A stretch of DNA of 64,000 nucleotides from Croceitalea sp. (GCA_013001145.1 JABDND010000057.1:4174-68173); one strand, 5' to 3'; counted from the first letter of the stretch, positions 1 to 9,895 are shown. Notes: generated by a model not told the origin, from the sequence alone. Program-made: numbers and translations.

Positions 1-13
1 GTTCTGAAAAATT

Positions 14-52
14 TATACCTAAATTACTTATGCATAAGAAAATTATGCATAT
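14..52. promoter_or_regulatory. Probable PadR autoregulatory operator (palindromic TATGCATA units at a 15-bp period)
   Basis: Perfect palindrome CTTATGCATAAG at 27-38, second copy TTATGCATAT at 43-52 and degenerate TATACCTAA at 14-22, directly upstream of the PadR gene. Confidence 0.6.
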
Positions 53-106
53 ATTAGCTTAAACATAACACCAGAAAATTACATTACGCGACTAAGAAAG
101 TACCCA

Positions 107-445
107 ATGGCAAACGCGAAACTTTATAAGGGCAGTCTTAATACCATCATCTTAAAGTTACTGGATGAAGAGGGCAAAATGTATGGGTATGAGATTACGC
201 AAAAAGTGAAGCAGCTTACCAAAGGGGAACTACAAATTACCGAAGGGGCCCTTTATCCCGCCCTTCACAAATTAGAGGCAGAAGGCCTTTTGGATGTTGA
301 GGTTGCAAAAGTGGATAACCGCCTTCGCAAGTATTATAAATTAACAGACAGGGGCACAAAGGAAACTGTAAACCGCTTGGCCGAGTTGGAAGACTTCATA
401 AGAAGCATGCAGCAACTGATCAATCCTAAATGGAGTATTCAATAG
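107..445 (+). CDS. PadR family transcriptional regulator
   Basis: Winged-HTH motifs MYGYEI, EGALYPALHKLE and RKYYKLT; 112 aa. Confidence 0.95.
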   Translation: MANAKLYKGSLNTIILKLLDEEGKMYGYEITQKVKQLTKGELQITEGALYPALHKLEAEGLLDVEVAKVDNRLRKYYKLTDRGTKETVNRLAELEDFIRSMQQLINPKWSIQ

Positions 446-1102
446 ATGAAATTAACACAAGAAAACATTCAACAGCTTGATAAACGGCTACAGGTAAGTG
501 GCATTAAATATCTTGATGTGCGCGTTGAGCTCATTGACCATTTGGTTACTGAATATGAAGCGATGGATAATGCCCAAGATTGGAATCTTTTTGTAAAAAA
601 TCGACTTCCATGGTGCAAAAAAGTGATGAAAGATAAGAGCAAGACCACCCATTGGAGTTATCAGAGGAGTCTTTGGAAAACTTTTTTTGAGATTCTAAAA
701 GAAACAAGAGTGCTTTTTGGGATCATCTTTTTTATAGGCTTGATGTTTTTCATAAGACCTTGGTTGACCGATGGACAGTATTTTATGGCTTTAATTCTTC
801 CCATGCTGACTTTTTTGATTTGGCAGATCGCCTTGATGGTAAAAAATGGATTAGGAAAAGAGAAGCGAAATTCCTGTATATCAGCAAAATACTTATTCAA
901 TATTTTTGCCCTGCCCAACTTAATTCTTTATCTGTTGAACCTATTATTGCAATTGAATCGAGATTTGGTATTGAATCAATTCTTCATCATTCCATATGTG
1001 ATTTTTGGCAGTCTTTTAGGATTGGCGGCTATTCGGCTATTCAAGAAAAAGCGTGATGTGGTAATCGCGGAATACAACAAATTGGTGCAGTATAGCCTAT
1101 GA
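446..1102 (+). CDS. PadR-associated membrane protein (paralog 1), about 4 TM helices
   Basis: N-terminal MKLTQENI..YLDVRVELIDH domain followed by hydrophobic segments; ATG directly follows the padR stop. Confidence 0.85.
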   Translation: MKLTQENIQQLDKRLQVSGIKYLDVRVELIDHLVTEYEAMDNAQDWNLFVKNRLPWCKKVMKDKSKTTHWSYQRSLWKTFFEILKETRVLFGIIFFIGLMFFIRPWLTDGQYFMALILPMLTFLIWQIALMVKNGLGKEKRNSCISAKYLFNIFALPNLILYLLNLLLQLNRDLVLNQFFIIPYVIFGSLLGLAAIRLFKKKRDVVIAEYNKLVQYSL

Positions 1103-1746
1103 AATTGACCCAAGAACAAATACAATCCATAGACACCTATTTAAAAAATCATGACATTCAATTTATTGATGTTCGCGCTGAGCTGGTGGATCATATTGCC
1201 AGCGACGAGGAAAACCGTATGAACCAAAACAACCAAACCTTTTATAATGCTTTCAAAGATTATATGGTTGAAAATAAACGAACACTGCTCAAGCACTACG
1301 AATCACATAAAAAAAAGATGCTTTACAAGTCTTTGGGTGTCTATTGGAAATTTTTGAAAAAACCTAAACAAGTGTTGCTCTTCACGGCTATTTTTTTGTT
1401 TTTGACCTTTTTTGAAAAGTTTTTTGCCTTTTCTTTTCCCCATATCAAGTTTAGTTGGGCCCTAATTTTTGGCACAATGGCTTTTTACTTTTTCGCTACT
1501 TGGACCAAAGCCAAAAACCGTTATTCTGGTCTGGAGTCATTGCTATGGCCCTTGACCCTTTTGGGTTATGCAATGATTTTTCTTTTCAATATCACGGCCG
1601 ATAAGCCGATGTTCTATGAAACAGCACCAATGATAACGAATCTATTTACCAGTCTCATCATTAGTTTTAACCTCGTTTTTTGGCAGCTATTTATAACGAC
1701 GCGCAAAAAACTTAAAACACGCTTCTTTGACTATGCCCTTAAGTGA
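1099..1746 (+). CDS. PadR-associated membrane protein (paralog 2)
   Basis: MKLTQEQI..FIDVRAELVDH matches the N-terminus of 446..1102; ATGA overlap. Confidence 0.85.
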   Translation: MKLTQEQIQSIDTYLKNHDIQFIDVRAELVDHIASDEENRMNQNNQTFYNAFKDYMVENKRTLLKHYESHKKKMLYKSLGVYWKFLKKPKQVLLFTAIFLFLTFFEKFFAFSFPHIKFSWALIFGTMAFYFFATWTKAKNRYSGLESLLWPLTLLGYAMIFLFNITADKPMFYETAPMITNLFTSLIISFNLVFWQLFITTRKKLKTRFFDYALK

Positions 1747-1768
1747 ATAGAAAAGTGAGAAGTCATGA

Positions 1769-1888
1769 CTTATTTATAAGCTTTTCGTGACCACAATGGT
1801 GTTGTTTTCTTATGTGGTATTGAAAGTTTTGCCCGAAAAAGCCGAAGAACTTTTGGTGGAGACCTATCCAGAGTATAAATTGGCTTAA
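1769..1888 (+). pseudogene. Probable orphan C-terminal fragment of a further membrane-protein paralog
   Basis: Open frame LIYKLFVTTMVLFSYVVLKVLPEKAEELLVETYPEYKLA* (one TM helix plus tail), preceded by an in-frame TGA at 1766-1768. Confidence 0.55.
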
Positions 1889-1942
1889 AATTGTAACATT
1901 TTTCAATTTTTAGTCACTAATTCCTTAAAAATTGCACCATCC

Positions 1943-3412
1943 ATGTTCAAACATTTTATAAAACTTCAATGGAAGTCGTTCTTTAGATCTTCTTCTTTTG
2001 GCAAGAGCGTAGCTTTAAAGATCATCATGGCGTTTTTTGGCCTCTATATGTTGGCAACGCTCATCATGACCGGCGCTGGACTTTACTTTATTCTAAGAAA
2101 AATCTTTCCTGATCAAAGTCCCATGTGGACCTTGAGCCAATATTTTGTGTACTGGGTTTTGATTGAACTTTTTTTGAGATACTTCATGCAAAAGTTGCCG
2201 GTCATGGACATTAAACCGCTACTGACAACGCCTATTAAAAAAAGTGCCATCACCCATTTTATTTTGGGTAAATCGGCCCTTTCCTTTTATAATTTATTGG
2301 GCATTTTCTTTTTCGTGCCCTTTGCCGTGGTATTGCTCATTCATGATTACCCTACCCTAAATGTATTGCTTTGGTTGATAGGGATTTTTGCTGCAGTGCT
2401 TTGTATAAATTACGTGAATTTTATCATCAACAAGAGCGACAAAGCCTTAATCGCCATTGGCACACTCTTGGTTGGCCTTTATGCCCTTGATTATTTTGGG
2501 ATCTTTGAGGTCAAGGCGTTTTTTGGCCCCATTTTTCATGCCCTTTACGCTTATCCCATAGCTGTTTTGGCGCCGATTACATTGGCATTGCTCACCTATT
2601 ATATCAATTTTAAATTTTTAAGAAATAAGATTTTTCTTGATGCCTCTCTCAAGTCAAAGACCAAAGAGGCCACCGCTTCCGATTTGGCCTGGACCAAACG
2701 TTTTGGCGACATGGGCCCATTTTTGCAATTGGACCTTAAATTAATATGGCGCAATAAAAGAACCAAGGCGCAAGTCTTTATTTCACTGCTATTCGTATTC
2801 TATGGGCTTATTTTTTATACCCAAGATATTTACTCAACCTGGTATCCCATGTTTGCCTTTTTGGGCATATTTATGACAGGTATTTTCTTGAGCAACTTTG
2901 GGCAGTTCATCCCCGCTTGGGACAGCACCTATTACAGCATGATGATGGCTCAGAACATACCGCTTCGCAAATATTTAGAATCTAAAGCGACCCTTATTTC
3001 AGTAAGTGTGGTGGCCATGTTCTTATTGACCATACCCTATGTGTATTTTGGGTGGGAAGCGCTGGCGATAAACTTTGGTTCGGCAATCTATAATCTTGGG
3101 GTGAACATTCCGGTCATATTATATTTTGGGTCGTTCAATAAAAAGCGGATAGAACTGGATAAAAGTCCGTTGGGGAACATGCAGGGTACCAGTGCAACCC
3201 AATTTTTGATCATGCTCCCCGTATTGGTGGTGCCCATAATCATTTTTTCCATTTTTAACTACCTCATTTCTTTGGAGGTTGCCGTTTTTGTGCTCTCCAT
3301 AATGGGCATTATCGGTTTTGCATTTAAGAACTATTTTTTGAATAGAATTACCGAACAATATCGAAAAAAGAAATACGGTATGATTGCCGGCTTTAAAGAA
3401 AAAGACAATTAA
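1943..3412 (+). CDS. DUF5687-type multi-pass ABC exporter permease
   Basis: About 12 TM segments; LQWKSFFRS, QKLP and LDLKLIWRNKR motifs; next to an ABC ATPase. Confidence 0.8.
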   Translation: MFKHFIKLQWKSFFRSSSFGKSVALKIIMAFFGLYMLATLIMTGAGLYFILRKIFPDQSPMWTLSQYFVYWVLIELFLRYFMQKLPVMDIKPLLTTPIKKSAITHFILGKSALSFYNLLGIFFFVPFAVVLLIHDYPTLNVLLWLIGIFAAVLCINYVNFIINKSDKALIAIGTLLVGLYALDYFGIFEVKAFFGPIFHALYAYPIAVLAPITLALLTYYINFKFLRNKIFLDASLKSKTKEATASDLAWTKRFGDMGPFLQLDLKLIWRNKRTKAQVFISLLFVFYGLIFYTQDIYSTWYPMFAFLGIFMTGIFLSNFGQFIPAWDSTYYSMMMAQNIPLRKYLESKATLISVSVVAMFLLTIPYVYFGWEALAINFGSAIYNLGVNIPVILYFGSFNKKRIELDKSPLGNMQGTSATQFLIMLPVLVVPIIIFSIFNYLISLEVAVFVLSIMGIIGFAFKNYFLNRITEQYRKKKYGMIAGFKEKDN

Positions 3413-3451
3413 AAACTTGCTAACCCATTGAAAATTAATTAGCTATACCAA

Positions 3452-4147
3452 ATGATAACAGTACACAACCTTACAAAAAAATACGGTTCACAAACAGTCT
3501 TGAACATTGAAAACTTGGAAATACCCAAAGGTCAAAGCTTCGGCTTGGTCGGCAACAACGGAGCAGGAAAAACCACCTTGTTCAGTCTTTTATTGGATTT
3601 GATACAGCCCACTACGGGCCACATTATCAATAAGGAAATACAGGTCAATAAGAGCGAGGATTGGAAACCTTTCACCTCAGCTTTTATAGATGAATCTTTT
3701 TTGATAGGCTATTTGACCCCTGAAGAATATTTTTATTTCATAGGTGACCTGCGTGGCCGCAATAAAGCCGATGTTGATTCCCTTTTGGCCACCTTCGAAG
3801 ACTTTTTTCATGATGAGATCTTGGGTCAAAAGAAATACCTGCGCGATCTGTCAAAGGGAAACCAAAAAAAGGCAGGGATTGTGGCCAGTTTTATTGGCAA
3901 CCCTGAGGTAGTGGTCTTGGATGAACCCTTTGCCAATTTAGACCCCACCACACAAATTCGTTTAAAGGCGATTATTAAGGAATTGGCCGCGAAAGACGAT
4001 GTGACCGTCTTGGTTTCAAGCCATGATTTGATTCATGTGACCGAAGTCTGCGAGCGAATTGTTGTGCTCAATAAAGGTGAAATAGTAAAAGATATCCAGA
4101 CTTCAAAAGAGACTTTGAAGGAGCTGGAAACTTTCTTTGGCGGATAG
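3452..4147 (+). CDS. ABC transporter ATP-binding protein
   Basis: Walker A GNNGAGKTT, signature LSKGNQKK, Walker B VVLDEP, H-loop SSHD. Confidence 0.95.
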   Translation: MITVHNLTKKYGSQTVLNIENLEIPKGQSFGLVGNNGAGKTTLFSLLLDLIQPTTGHIINKEIQVNKSEDWKPFTSAFIDESFLIGYLTPEEYFYFIGDLRGRNKADVDSLLATFEDFFHDEILGQKKYLRDLSKGNQKKAGIVASFIGNPEVVVLDEPFANLDPTTQIRLKAIIKELAAKDDVTVLVSSHDLIHVTEVCERIVVLNKGEIVKDIQTSKETLKELETFFGG

Positions 4148-4176
4148 CCAATTAAAAATACCTGCATTTTGTCGAT

Positions 4177-4203
4177 AAAGCCCATACTAAACTGGGCTTT
4201 TTT
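4177..4203 (+). terminator. Rho-independent terminator after the ABC ATPase
   Basis: AAAGCCCA-8 nt-TGGGCTTT followed by a T-run. Confidence 0.7.
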
Positions 4204-4225
4204 CTGTTATGCATAGATAGGAATA

Positions 4226-6790
4226 ATGAAGATTTTGAAGCTTAAACACCAATTCACTTTTTCCGTTGCCTTATTGTGCTTGTTGATTTCGGCCTGTTCT
4301 ACCAAAAAAGACGCCTTTATCAACCGCAATTGGCATGCCTTAAATACCAAATACAACACCTTGTACAATGGCAATTTGGCCTTTGAACAGGGCCGTGAAG
4401 ATTTGCGAAATTCATATCGAGACGATTTTTGGGATGTGCTTCCTGTTGAAAGATTGGAGGTTACCGACCAAATTAAATTGGATTCTGAAAACAACAATCC
4501 AAACTTTGTCATTGCCGAAGAAAAGGCGACCAAGGCCATACAAAAACACAGTATGGACATCAAAGACGAAGAGCGCAACCCCCAGACCGATGAAGCTTTT
4601 CTACTGCTTGGCAAGGCCCGGTACTTTGATCAGCGTTACATTCCCGCCTTGGAATCGTTCAATTATATTTTGCGGAAATATGCCGAGAGCGATAAATTGA
4701 ATGAAGCGACCATCTGGAGGGAAAAAACCAATATGCGGTTGGATAATCCAGAATTGGCCATTAAGAACTTAAAGCGATTGTTGAAGTTTGAATCGCTGAA
4801 AGATCAAGAATATGCCGATGCCCATGCCGTGATTGCCCAATCTTATTTAGATTTAAAGGCACCGGATACCGCCATTCAAAAATTAAAGGTTGCACAGGCC
4901 TTTACCAAAAAGAATGAAGAAAGGGGTCGCTACCTTTTCATTATCGGCCAATTGTACAATCAGTTGGGTTTTAAGGATTGTGCCAATTATGCTTTTGACA
5001 AGGTTATTGCCCTTAACCGTAGATCCCCTAGGGTCTATATGATCAATGCCCACCTAAAAATCATTCAGAACACTGAGCTCACAGACACCAATCGCGATGC
5101 TATGTTTGAGTATTTGACCGAATTGGAGGAAAATCGCGAAAACCGGCCATTTTTAGATAAGATATACAGGCAATTGGCCCAGTATCATTTGACCCTTGGT
5201 TCCGATAGTACGGCAATCGCCTATTTCAACAAGTCATTGCGCGCAACGCAGGACGACCCCAAACTCAATGCTAGAAACTATGAGAATTTGGCCACCTATC
5301 ATTTTGACAAAAATGATTACAAAACTTCTGGCGCTTATTATGACAGCGTGCTCAATAACCTAGCAGAGAACACCAAAAAATATCGGAGCATCAAAAAGAA
5401 GTTTGACAACCTTGAAGATGTCATCAAATACGAAGACATTGTACAAAAAGCAGACAGTGTCATCACCGTTTTTGAGATGAGTGAAGAAGAACGTGTTGCC
5501 TATTATCAAAACTTCATTACAGAAATGAAGCTCAAAGAGGAAAAAGATGAGCAAGAAAAAGAAAAGAAGGCAAGCGCAGGCTTCGCTGCATTTGGCGAGA
5601 CACCTGGCGGCAAAGAAAACCAAGGCAAGTTTTATTTCTACAACATTGCAAGCTTGGGTTACGGTAAAACAGACTTTAAAACACGTTGGGGCGATCGAAC
5701 CCTCGATGATGATTGGCGCTGGAGCAATAAGGCAAAGGCCGCTCCGTCAGAAGCAACTGGGGAAGTAATAGCAGAATCAGAAAGTGAGAACATGCCGATT
5801 TCACCCGATGAAAAATATAATGTGCTTTATTACCTTGATCAAATTCCCACTTCCACCGCTACGATTGATAGTTTACGGGCCGATAGAAATTTTGCGAATT
5901 ATCAGTTGGGGCTTATTTACAAAGAGAAATTCAATGAAAATTTACTGGCGGCAGCAAAGCTTGAAGCCGTCTTGGCGGCCGATCCGGAAGAACGGTTGAT
6001 ATTACCTTCAAAGTACAACCTTTATAAAATATATGAAGAGGCACTAAGCCCATTGGCAGAAGATATGAAGCAGAACATTATCGCAAACCATGCAGATTCG
6101 CGTTATGCCGAAATACTGTTGAACCCGCAAGCCGTTCTGGCCGACAATGCCGATAGTCCCGATAAAAAATATGCCGAGGTCTTTGAGCTCTTTGAAGATC
6201 AACAGTTCTTGCAGGTGATCACCCAAACAGAACAGTACATCAATAAATTTACTGGAGACCCCATTGTGCCCAAGTTTGAAATGTTGAAGGCCAACGCCAT
6301 TGGTAGGCTACAAGGGTTTGAACCTTTTAAGGAAGCATTGAACTATGTGGCCCTTACCTATCCCAACAATCCCGAGGGAAAGAAAGCGGAGCAAATGGTA
6401 GCAGAACAATTGCCCAAATTGGAGGTCAAGGAGTTTTCACCGGAAACAGAATCGGAGGGTTCCGGAAATTGGAAGGTAGTTTTCCCATTTAAAATTAGGG
6501 ACAACGAAAAAGCGTTAAAACTCAAGAAACGATTAGAGGCCTCTATCAAAGATTTAAGGTATAAGAACGCTGTATCAAAAGATATTTATACCTTGGAGGA
6601 CCAATTCGTTGTAGTTCATGGCTTTAAATCAAAAGATTTTGCCCTGGGTTATGCCGAACTACTGAAAAATAACAAAGACTATCGTATTAAGGATGAGAAT
6701 TTTGTAATTTTGACGTCCAATTATAAAATTATTCTTGTACATAAAAATTTAGAAACCTATAAAGCAGACATATTAAACCCTAAACCTTGA
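4226..6790 (+). CDS. sprE: T9SS/gliding motility TPR lipoprotein SprE (PorW)
   Basis: Lipobox ISAC followed by STKKD..NRNWHALNTKYNTLYNG; TPR repeats; FYFYN..WGDRTLDDDWRWS; position upstream of the atp genes. Confidence 0.85.
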   Translation: MKILKLKHQFTFSVALLCLLISACSTKKDAFINRNWHALNTKYNTLYNGNLAFEQGREDLRNSYRDDFWDVLPVERLEVTDQIKLDSENNNPNFVIAEEKATKAIQKHSMDIKDEERNPQTDEAFLLLGKARYFDQRYIPALESFNYILRKYAESDKLNEATIWREKTNMRLDNPELAIKNLKRLLKFESLKDQEYADAHAVIAQSYLDLKAPDTAIQKLKVAQAFTKKNEERGRYLFIIGQLYNQLGFKDCANYAFDKVIALNRRSPRVYMINAHLKIIQNTELTDTNRDAMFEYLTELEENRENRPFLDKIYRQLAQYHLTLGSDSTAIAYFNKSLRATQDDPKLNARNYENLATYHFDKNDYKTSGAYYDSVLNNLAENTKKYRSIKKKFDNLEDVIKYEDIVQKADSVITVFEMSEEERVAYYQNFITEMKLKEEKDEQEKEKKASAGFAAFGETPGGKENQGKFYFYNIASLGYGKTDFKTRWGDRTLDDDWRWSNKAKAAPSEATGEVIAESESENMPISPDEKYNVLYYLDQIPTSTATIDSLRADRNFANYQLGLIYKEKFNENLLAAAKLEAVLAADPEERLILPSKYNLYKIYEEALSPLAEDMKQNIIANHADSRYAEILLNPQAVLADNADSPDKKYAEVFELFEDQQFLQVITQTEQYINKFTGDPIVPKFEMLKANAIGRLQGFEPFKEALNYVALTYPNNPEGKKAEQMVAEQLPKLEVKEFSPETESEGSGNWKVVFPFKIRDNEKALKLKKRLEASIKDLRYKNAVSKDIYTLEDQFVVVHGFKSKDFALGYAELLKNNKDYRIKDENFVILTSNYKIILVHKNLETYKADILNPKP

Positions 6791-6795
6791 ACAAA

Positions 6796-7215
6796 ATGTT
6801 TTCAGATAATAAAAAACCACCTATGGAATTTGGTGGCCAGCCCAATAGAATAGAAAAAAATACCGTCATTAAAGGTAATATTACTTCACAAGCCGATTTT
6901 CGCATAGATGGCAAGTTGGAGGGCAACGTAAAAACCTCAGGCAAAGTGGTCATCGGAAAAGATGGTTTGATCAAAGGCAAGGTTGAGTGTGTCAATGCCG
7001 ATATCGAAGGCAAATTCGATGGAGAACTATTCGTTTCTGAATTATTGTCACTCAAAAGTACCGCTACCATACAAGGTACGGTTAACGTAGCTAAATTGGC
7101 TGTTGAACCTGGAGCAACGTTTAATGCCGCATGTACCATGGGAAAGGGCGTTAGCGAAGGCGCAACCCATAAGTTACAGGCCACAAAGCCCAATGAGCCA
7201 GCCAAAGTCTCCTAA
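6796..7215 (+). CDS. Bactofilin (polymer-forming cytoskeletal protein)
   Basis: Beta-helix repeats IKGNI..FRIDGKLEGNV..IGKDGLIKGKV..LAVEPGATFNA; ATG at 6796, alternative TTG at 6787. Confidence 0.9.
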   Translation: MFSDNKKPPMEFGGQPNRIEKNTVIKGNITSQADFRIDGKLEGNVKTSGKVVIGKDGLIKGKVECVNADIEGKFDGELFVSELLSLKSTATIQGTVNVAKLAVEPGATFNAACTMGKGVSEGATHKLQATKPNEPAKVS

Positions 7216-7426
7216 AAAGAAGAATTCTTTTAACACCTATGCTAGATATTCTGGAATTGTCTTTCAGATGATAGCCATCATTGTTTTTGGCACTTTCATT
7301 GGTTCGAAGATTGATCAAAGATATCCGAACGACCAAAATTGGTACACCCTATCTTTTTCGCTCATGAGTGTAATCATTTCAATTGTTTTTGCAATTAGGA
7401 GAATAACCTCATCTTCAACGAAATAG
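7193..7426 (+). CDS. AtpZ/AtpI family ATP synthase accessory protein
   Basis: Two TM helices, RYSGIVFQM..G.KID motif; likely start MSQPK at 7193. Confidence 0.8.
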   Translation: MSQPKSPKKKNSFNTYARYSGIVFQMIAIIVFGTFIGSKIDQRYPNDQNWYTLSFSLMSVIISIVFAIRRITSSSTK

Positions 7427-7427
7427 C

Positions 7428-7826
7428 ATGATGCAGGCATTTTTTAAAAGACAGACCTCATTCTTGTTAAAACTGGGCTTGCTTGCATTGCTCTTATTTG
7501 CGGTTCATTGGTGGGTAATTTCGAATTTTTTCAATGCCGTTGAATTCTTCTTTCCGTTGTGGCAAATCTATGCCTTTCATTTTGTGACTGTTCTCATTTT
7601 GTTTACCATTATTAATTACAAATTCAGTCAGGGCGGGGGAGCCATTTTGAACTACTTTTTGGTGGCGACCATATTAAAAATGCTTTTGTGCATTGTTTTT
7701 CTGCTGCCACTTTTACTATCAGATTTTCAGGGCAAAAGGCCAGATGTCTTGAATTTTTTCTTCCCGTATTTTACCTTTCTATTTTTTGAAGTATTTAGTC
7801 TCAACTTACTTTTGACGAAAAAATAA
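7428..7826 (+). CDS. DUF6168-type 4-TM membrane protein (AtpI-like position)
   Basis: Hydrophobic; ..LKMLL..NFFFPYFTFLFFEV motif; directly upstream of atpB. Confidence 0.7.
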   Translation: MMQAFFKRQTSFLLKLGLLALLLFAVHWWVISNFFNAVEFFFPLWQIYAFHFVTVLILFTIINYKFSQGGGAILNYFLVATILKMLLCIVFLLPLLLSDFQGKRPDVLNFFFPYFTFLFFEVFSLNLLLTKK

Positions 7827-7878
7827 TCGGGGCCCTACGAATGGGATTTTTTGTACTAAAAAAATGGACATTATTTAG

Positions 7879-7909
7879 TTTGCGGATTGTGATAATGTGC
7901 GTACATTTG
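7879..7909 (+). promoter_or_regulatory. Bacteroidota primary-sigma promoter for atpB
   Basis: TTTG (7879-7882), 19-nt spacer, TACATTTG (7902-7909) matches the -33/-7 consensus. Confidence 0.75.
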
Positions 7910-7946
7910 CACGGAATTTTAAGAGCCTTATTTTAATCTGAGAAGA

Positions 7947-9062
7947 ATGAAATTAACCAACTGGCAAAACCTAGTAATAGGTTTTATTGTTTTTTTAATA
8001 TCCCTCCCCAGTTTTGCACTCCTCCAAGACCATAGTCAAGAAGAGAGCATTGTTCATGAAATTGAAGAAAAAGAAGAAGAATTTGACGCGCAATCCATGA
8101 TTGTGCATCATGTGCTTGATGCCCATGAGTTTCATATCATTGATTTTAATGGCCACCCTATTTCCATACCATTACCAGTTATTTTATGGACAGACAATGG
8201 ATTGACAACATTTATGTCGAGTAAATTTCACCATGATGATTCTGGTAAGACCGTTGTCGAAGAAAATGGCAGGCGCTTTGTCAAATTGCATGAAACAATT
8301 TATCAGCTAAATGAAGGTGAATCAGCTGTCGCCTTTGATGCAGAACACCATCCGACCAATGCCACCAAACCTTTGGATATATCGATAACCAGAAACGTGT
8401 TTATGATGTGGGTATCGGTCTTAGTACTCATGCTCATCTTTACAGCTGCTGCGCGACGCTATAAGAAATCAGATAATAATGTGCCAACTGGCATCGCTGG
8501 CTTTATTGAGCCCTTGGTGATTTTTGTTAGGGATGAGATTGGCATTCCAATGATTGGTGAGCACAAATATAAAAGGTACATGCCCTATTTGTTGACCATT
8601 TTCTTTTTCATATGGATCAACAACATTTTTGGATTGATTCCTATTTTAAATGGGGCCAATCTTAGTGGCAACATCGCTTTTACCATGACCCTTGCGGTAT
8701 TTACTTTTATCATCACCACATTCAGTGGCAATAAAAACTATTGGAAACATATATTTTGGATGCCGGGAGTACCCGTGCCCATGAAAATATTTTTGGCACC
8801 CATAGAAGTTATAGGAATGTTCGTTAAACCAATCTCATTAATGATTCGATTGTTTGCCAATATTACTGCGGGTCACATTATAGTTTTGGCATTGATGTCA
8901 TTGATATTCATATTTAAATCAATAGCGGTTGCGCCTGTTTCGATTGCATTTTCATTGTTCATAGGTGTGATTGAAATAATTGTTACAGCAATTCAAGCAT
9001 ATATTTTTACCGTATTATCGGCCCTCTATTTTGGAATGGCCACAGAAGAAGAGCATCATTAA
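7947..9062 (+). CDS. atpB: F0F1 ATP synthase subunit a
   Basis: KPISLMIRLFANITAGH and AIQAYIFTVLSALY; Bacteroidota N-terminal extension. Confidence 0.97.
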   Translation: MKLTNWQNLVIGFIVFLISLPSFALLQDHSQEESIVHEIEEKEEEFDAQSMIVHHVLDAHEFHIIDFNGHPISIPLPVILWTDNGLTTFMSSKFHHDDSGKTVVEENGRRFVKLHETIYQLNEGESAVAFDAEHHPTNATKPLDISITRNVFMMWVSVLVLMLIFTAAARRYKKSDNNVPTGIAGFIEPLVIFVRDEIGIPMIGEHKYKRYMPYLLTIFFFIWINNIFGLIPILNGANLSGNIAFTMTLAVFTFIITTFSGNKNYWKHIFWMPGVPVPMKIFLAPIEVIGMFVKPISLMIRLFANITAGHIIVLALMSLIFIFKSIAVAPVSIAFSLFIGVIEIIVTAIQAYIFTVLSALYFGMATEEEHH

Positions 9063-9066
9063 TTAA

Positions 9067-9327
<261 letters not shown>

Positions 9328-9331
9328 ATGG

Positions 9332-9366
9332 AATTAAGGTGCAACGGTTGGTTGCACCTTAATTTT
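9332..9366 (+). terminator. Intra-operon hairpin (partial terminator or mRNA stabiliser) between atpE and atpF
   Basis: Perfect 14-bp inverted repeat AATTAAGGTGCAAC-GGTTG-GTTGCACCTTAATT. Confidence 0.6.
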
Positions 9367-9391
9367 AATGATGTATTAAAATTTATCAAAA

Positions 9392-9895
9392 ATGGATAGT
9401 AGTCAATTTGTAACCCCAGGATTTGGTCTTGTCTTTTGGACAGCCATAACTTTTATTTTTCTTCTTTTGGTTCTCAGAAAATTTGCATGGAAACCTATAC
9501 TTGGCGCAGTGAGCGACCGCGAGGAATCCATTAAAAGTGCTCTTGAATCTGCCGAAGAAGCTAAAAAGGAGATGCAGAATCTTCAGGCCGACAACGAAAG
9601 AATTCTAAAAGAGGCCAGAGCTGAAAGAGACACGCTTCTTAAAGAAGCACGCGAATTGAAAGAAGGCATTATATCCGATGCTAAAGAACAGGCCAAAGTA
9701 GAAGGCGATAAAATGATTAAGCAGGCACAAGCGGCTATAGAAAGTGAAAAAAAGGCGGCTGTAGCCGACATTAAGGCTCAGGTAGCCAACCTTTCGGTCG
9801 AAATTGCCGAGAAAGTCATCAAAGAAGAATTGTCTGACAAAAAGAAGCAATTGAAACTGGTTGAAAATATGTTGGGCGACATCAAATTGAGTTAA
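9392..9895 (+). CDS. atpF: ATP synthase subunit b
   Basis: N-terminal TM helix, KFAWKPIL, coiled coil. Confidence 0.95.
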   Translation: MDSSQFVTPGFGLVFWTAITFIFLLLVLRKFAWKPILGAVSDREESIKSALESAEEAKKEMQNLQADNERILKEARAERDTLLKEARELKEGIISDAKEQAKVEGDKMIKQAQAAIESEKKAAVADIKAQVANLSVEIAEKVIKEELSDKKKQLKLVENMLGDIKLS

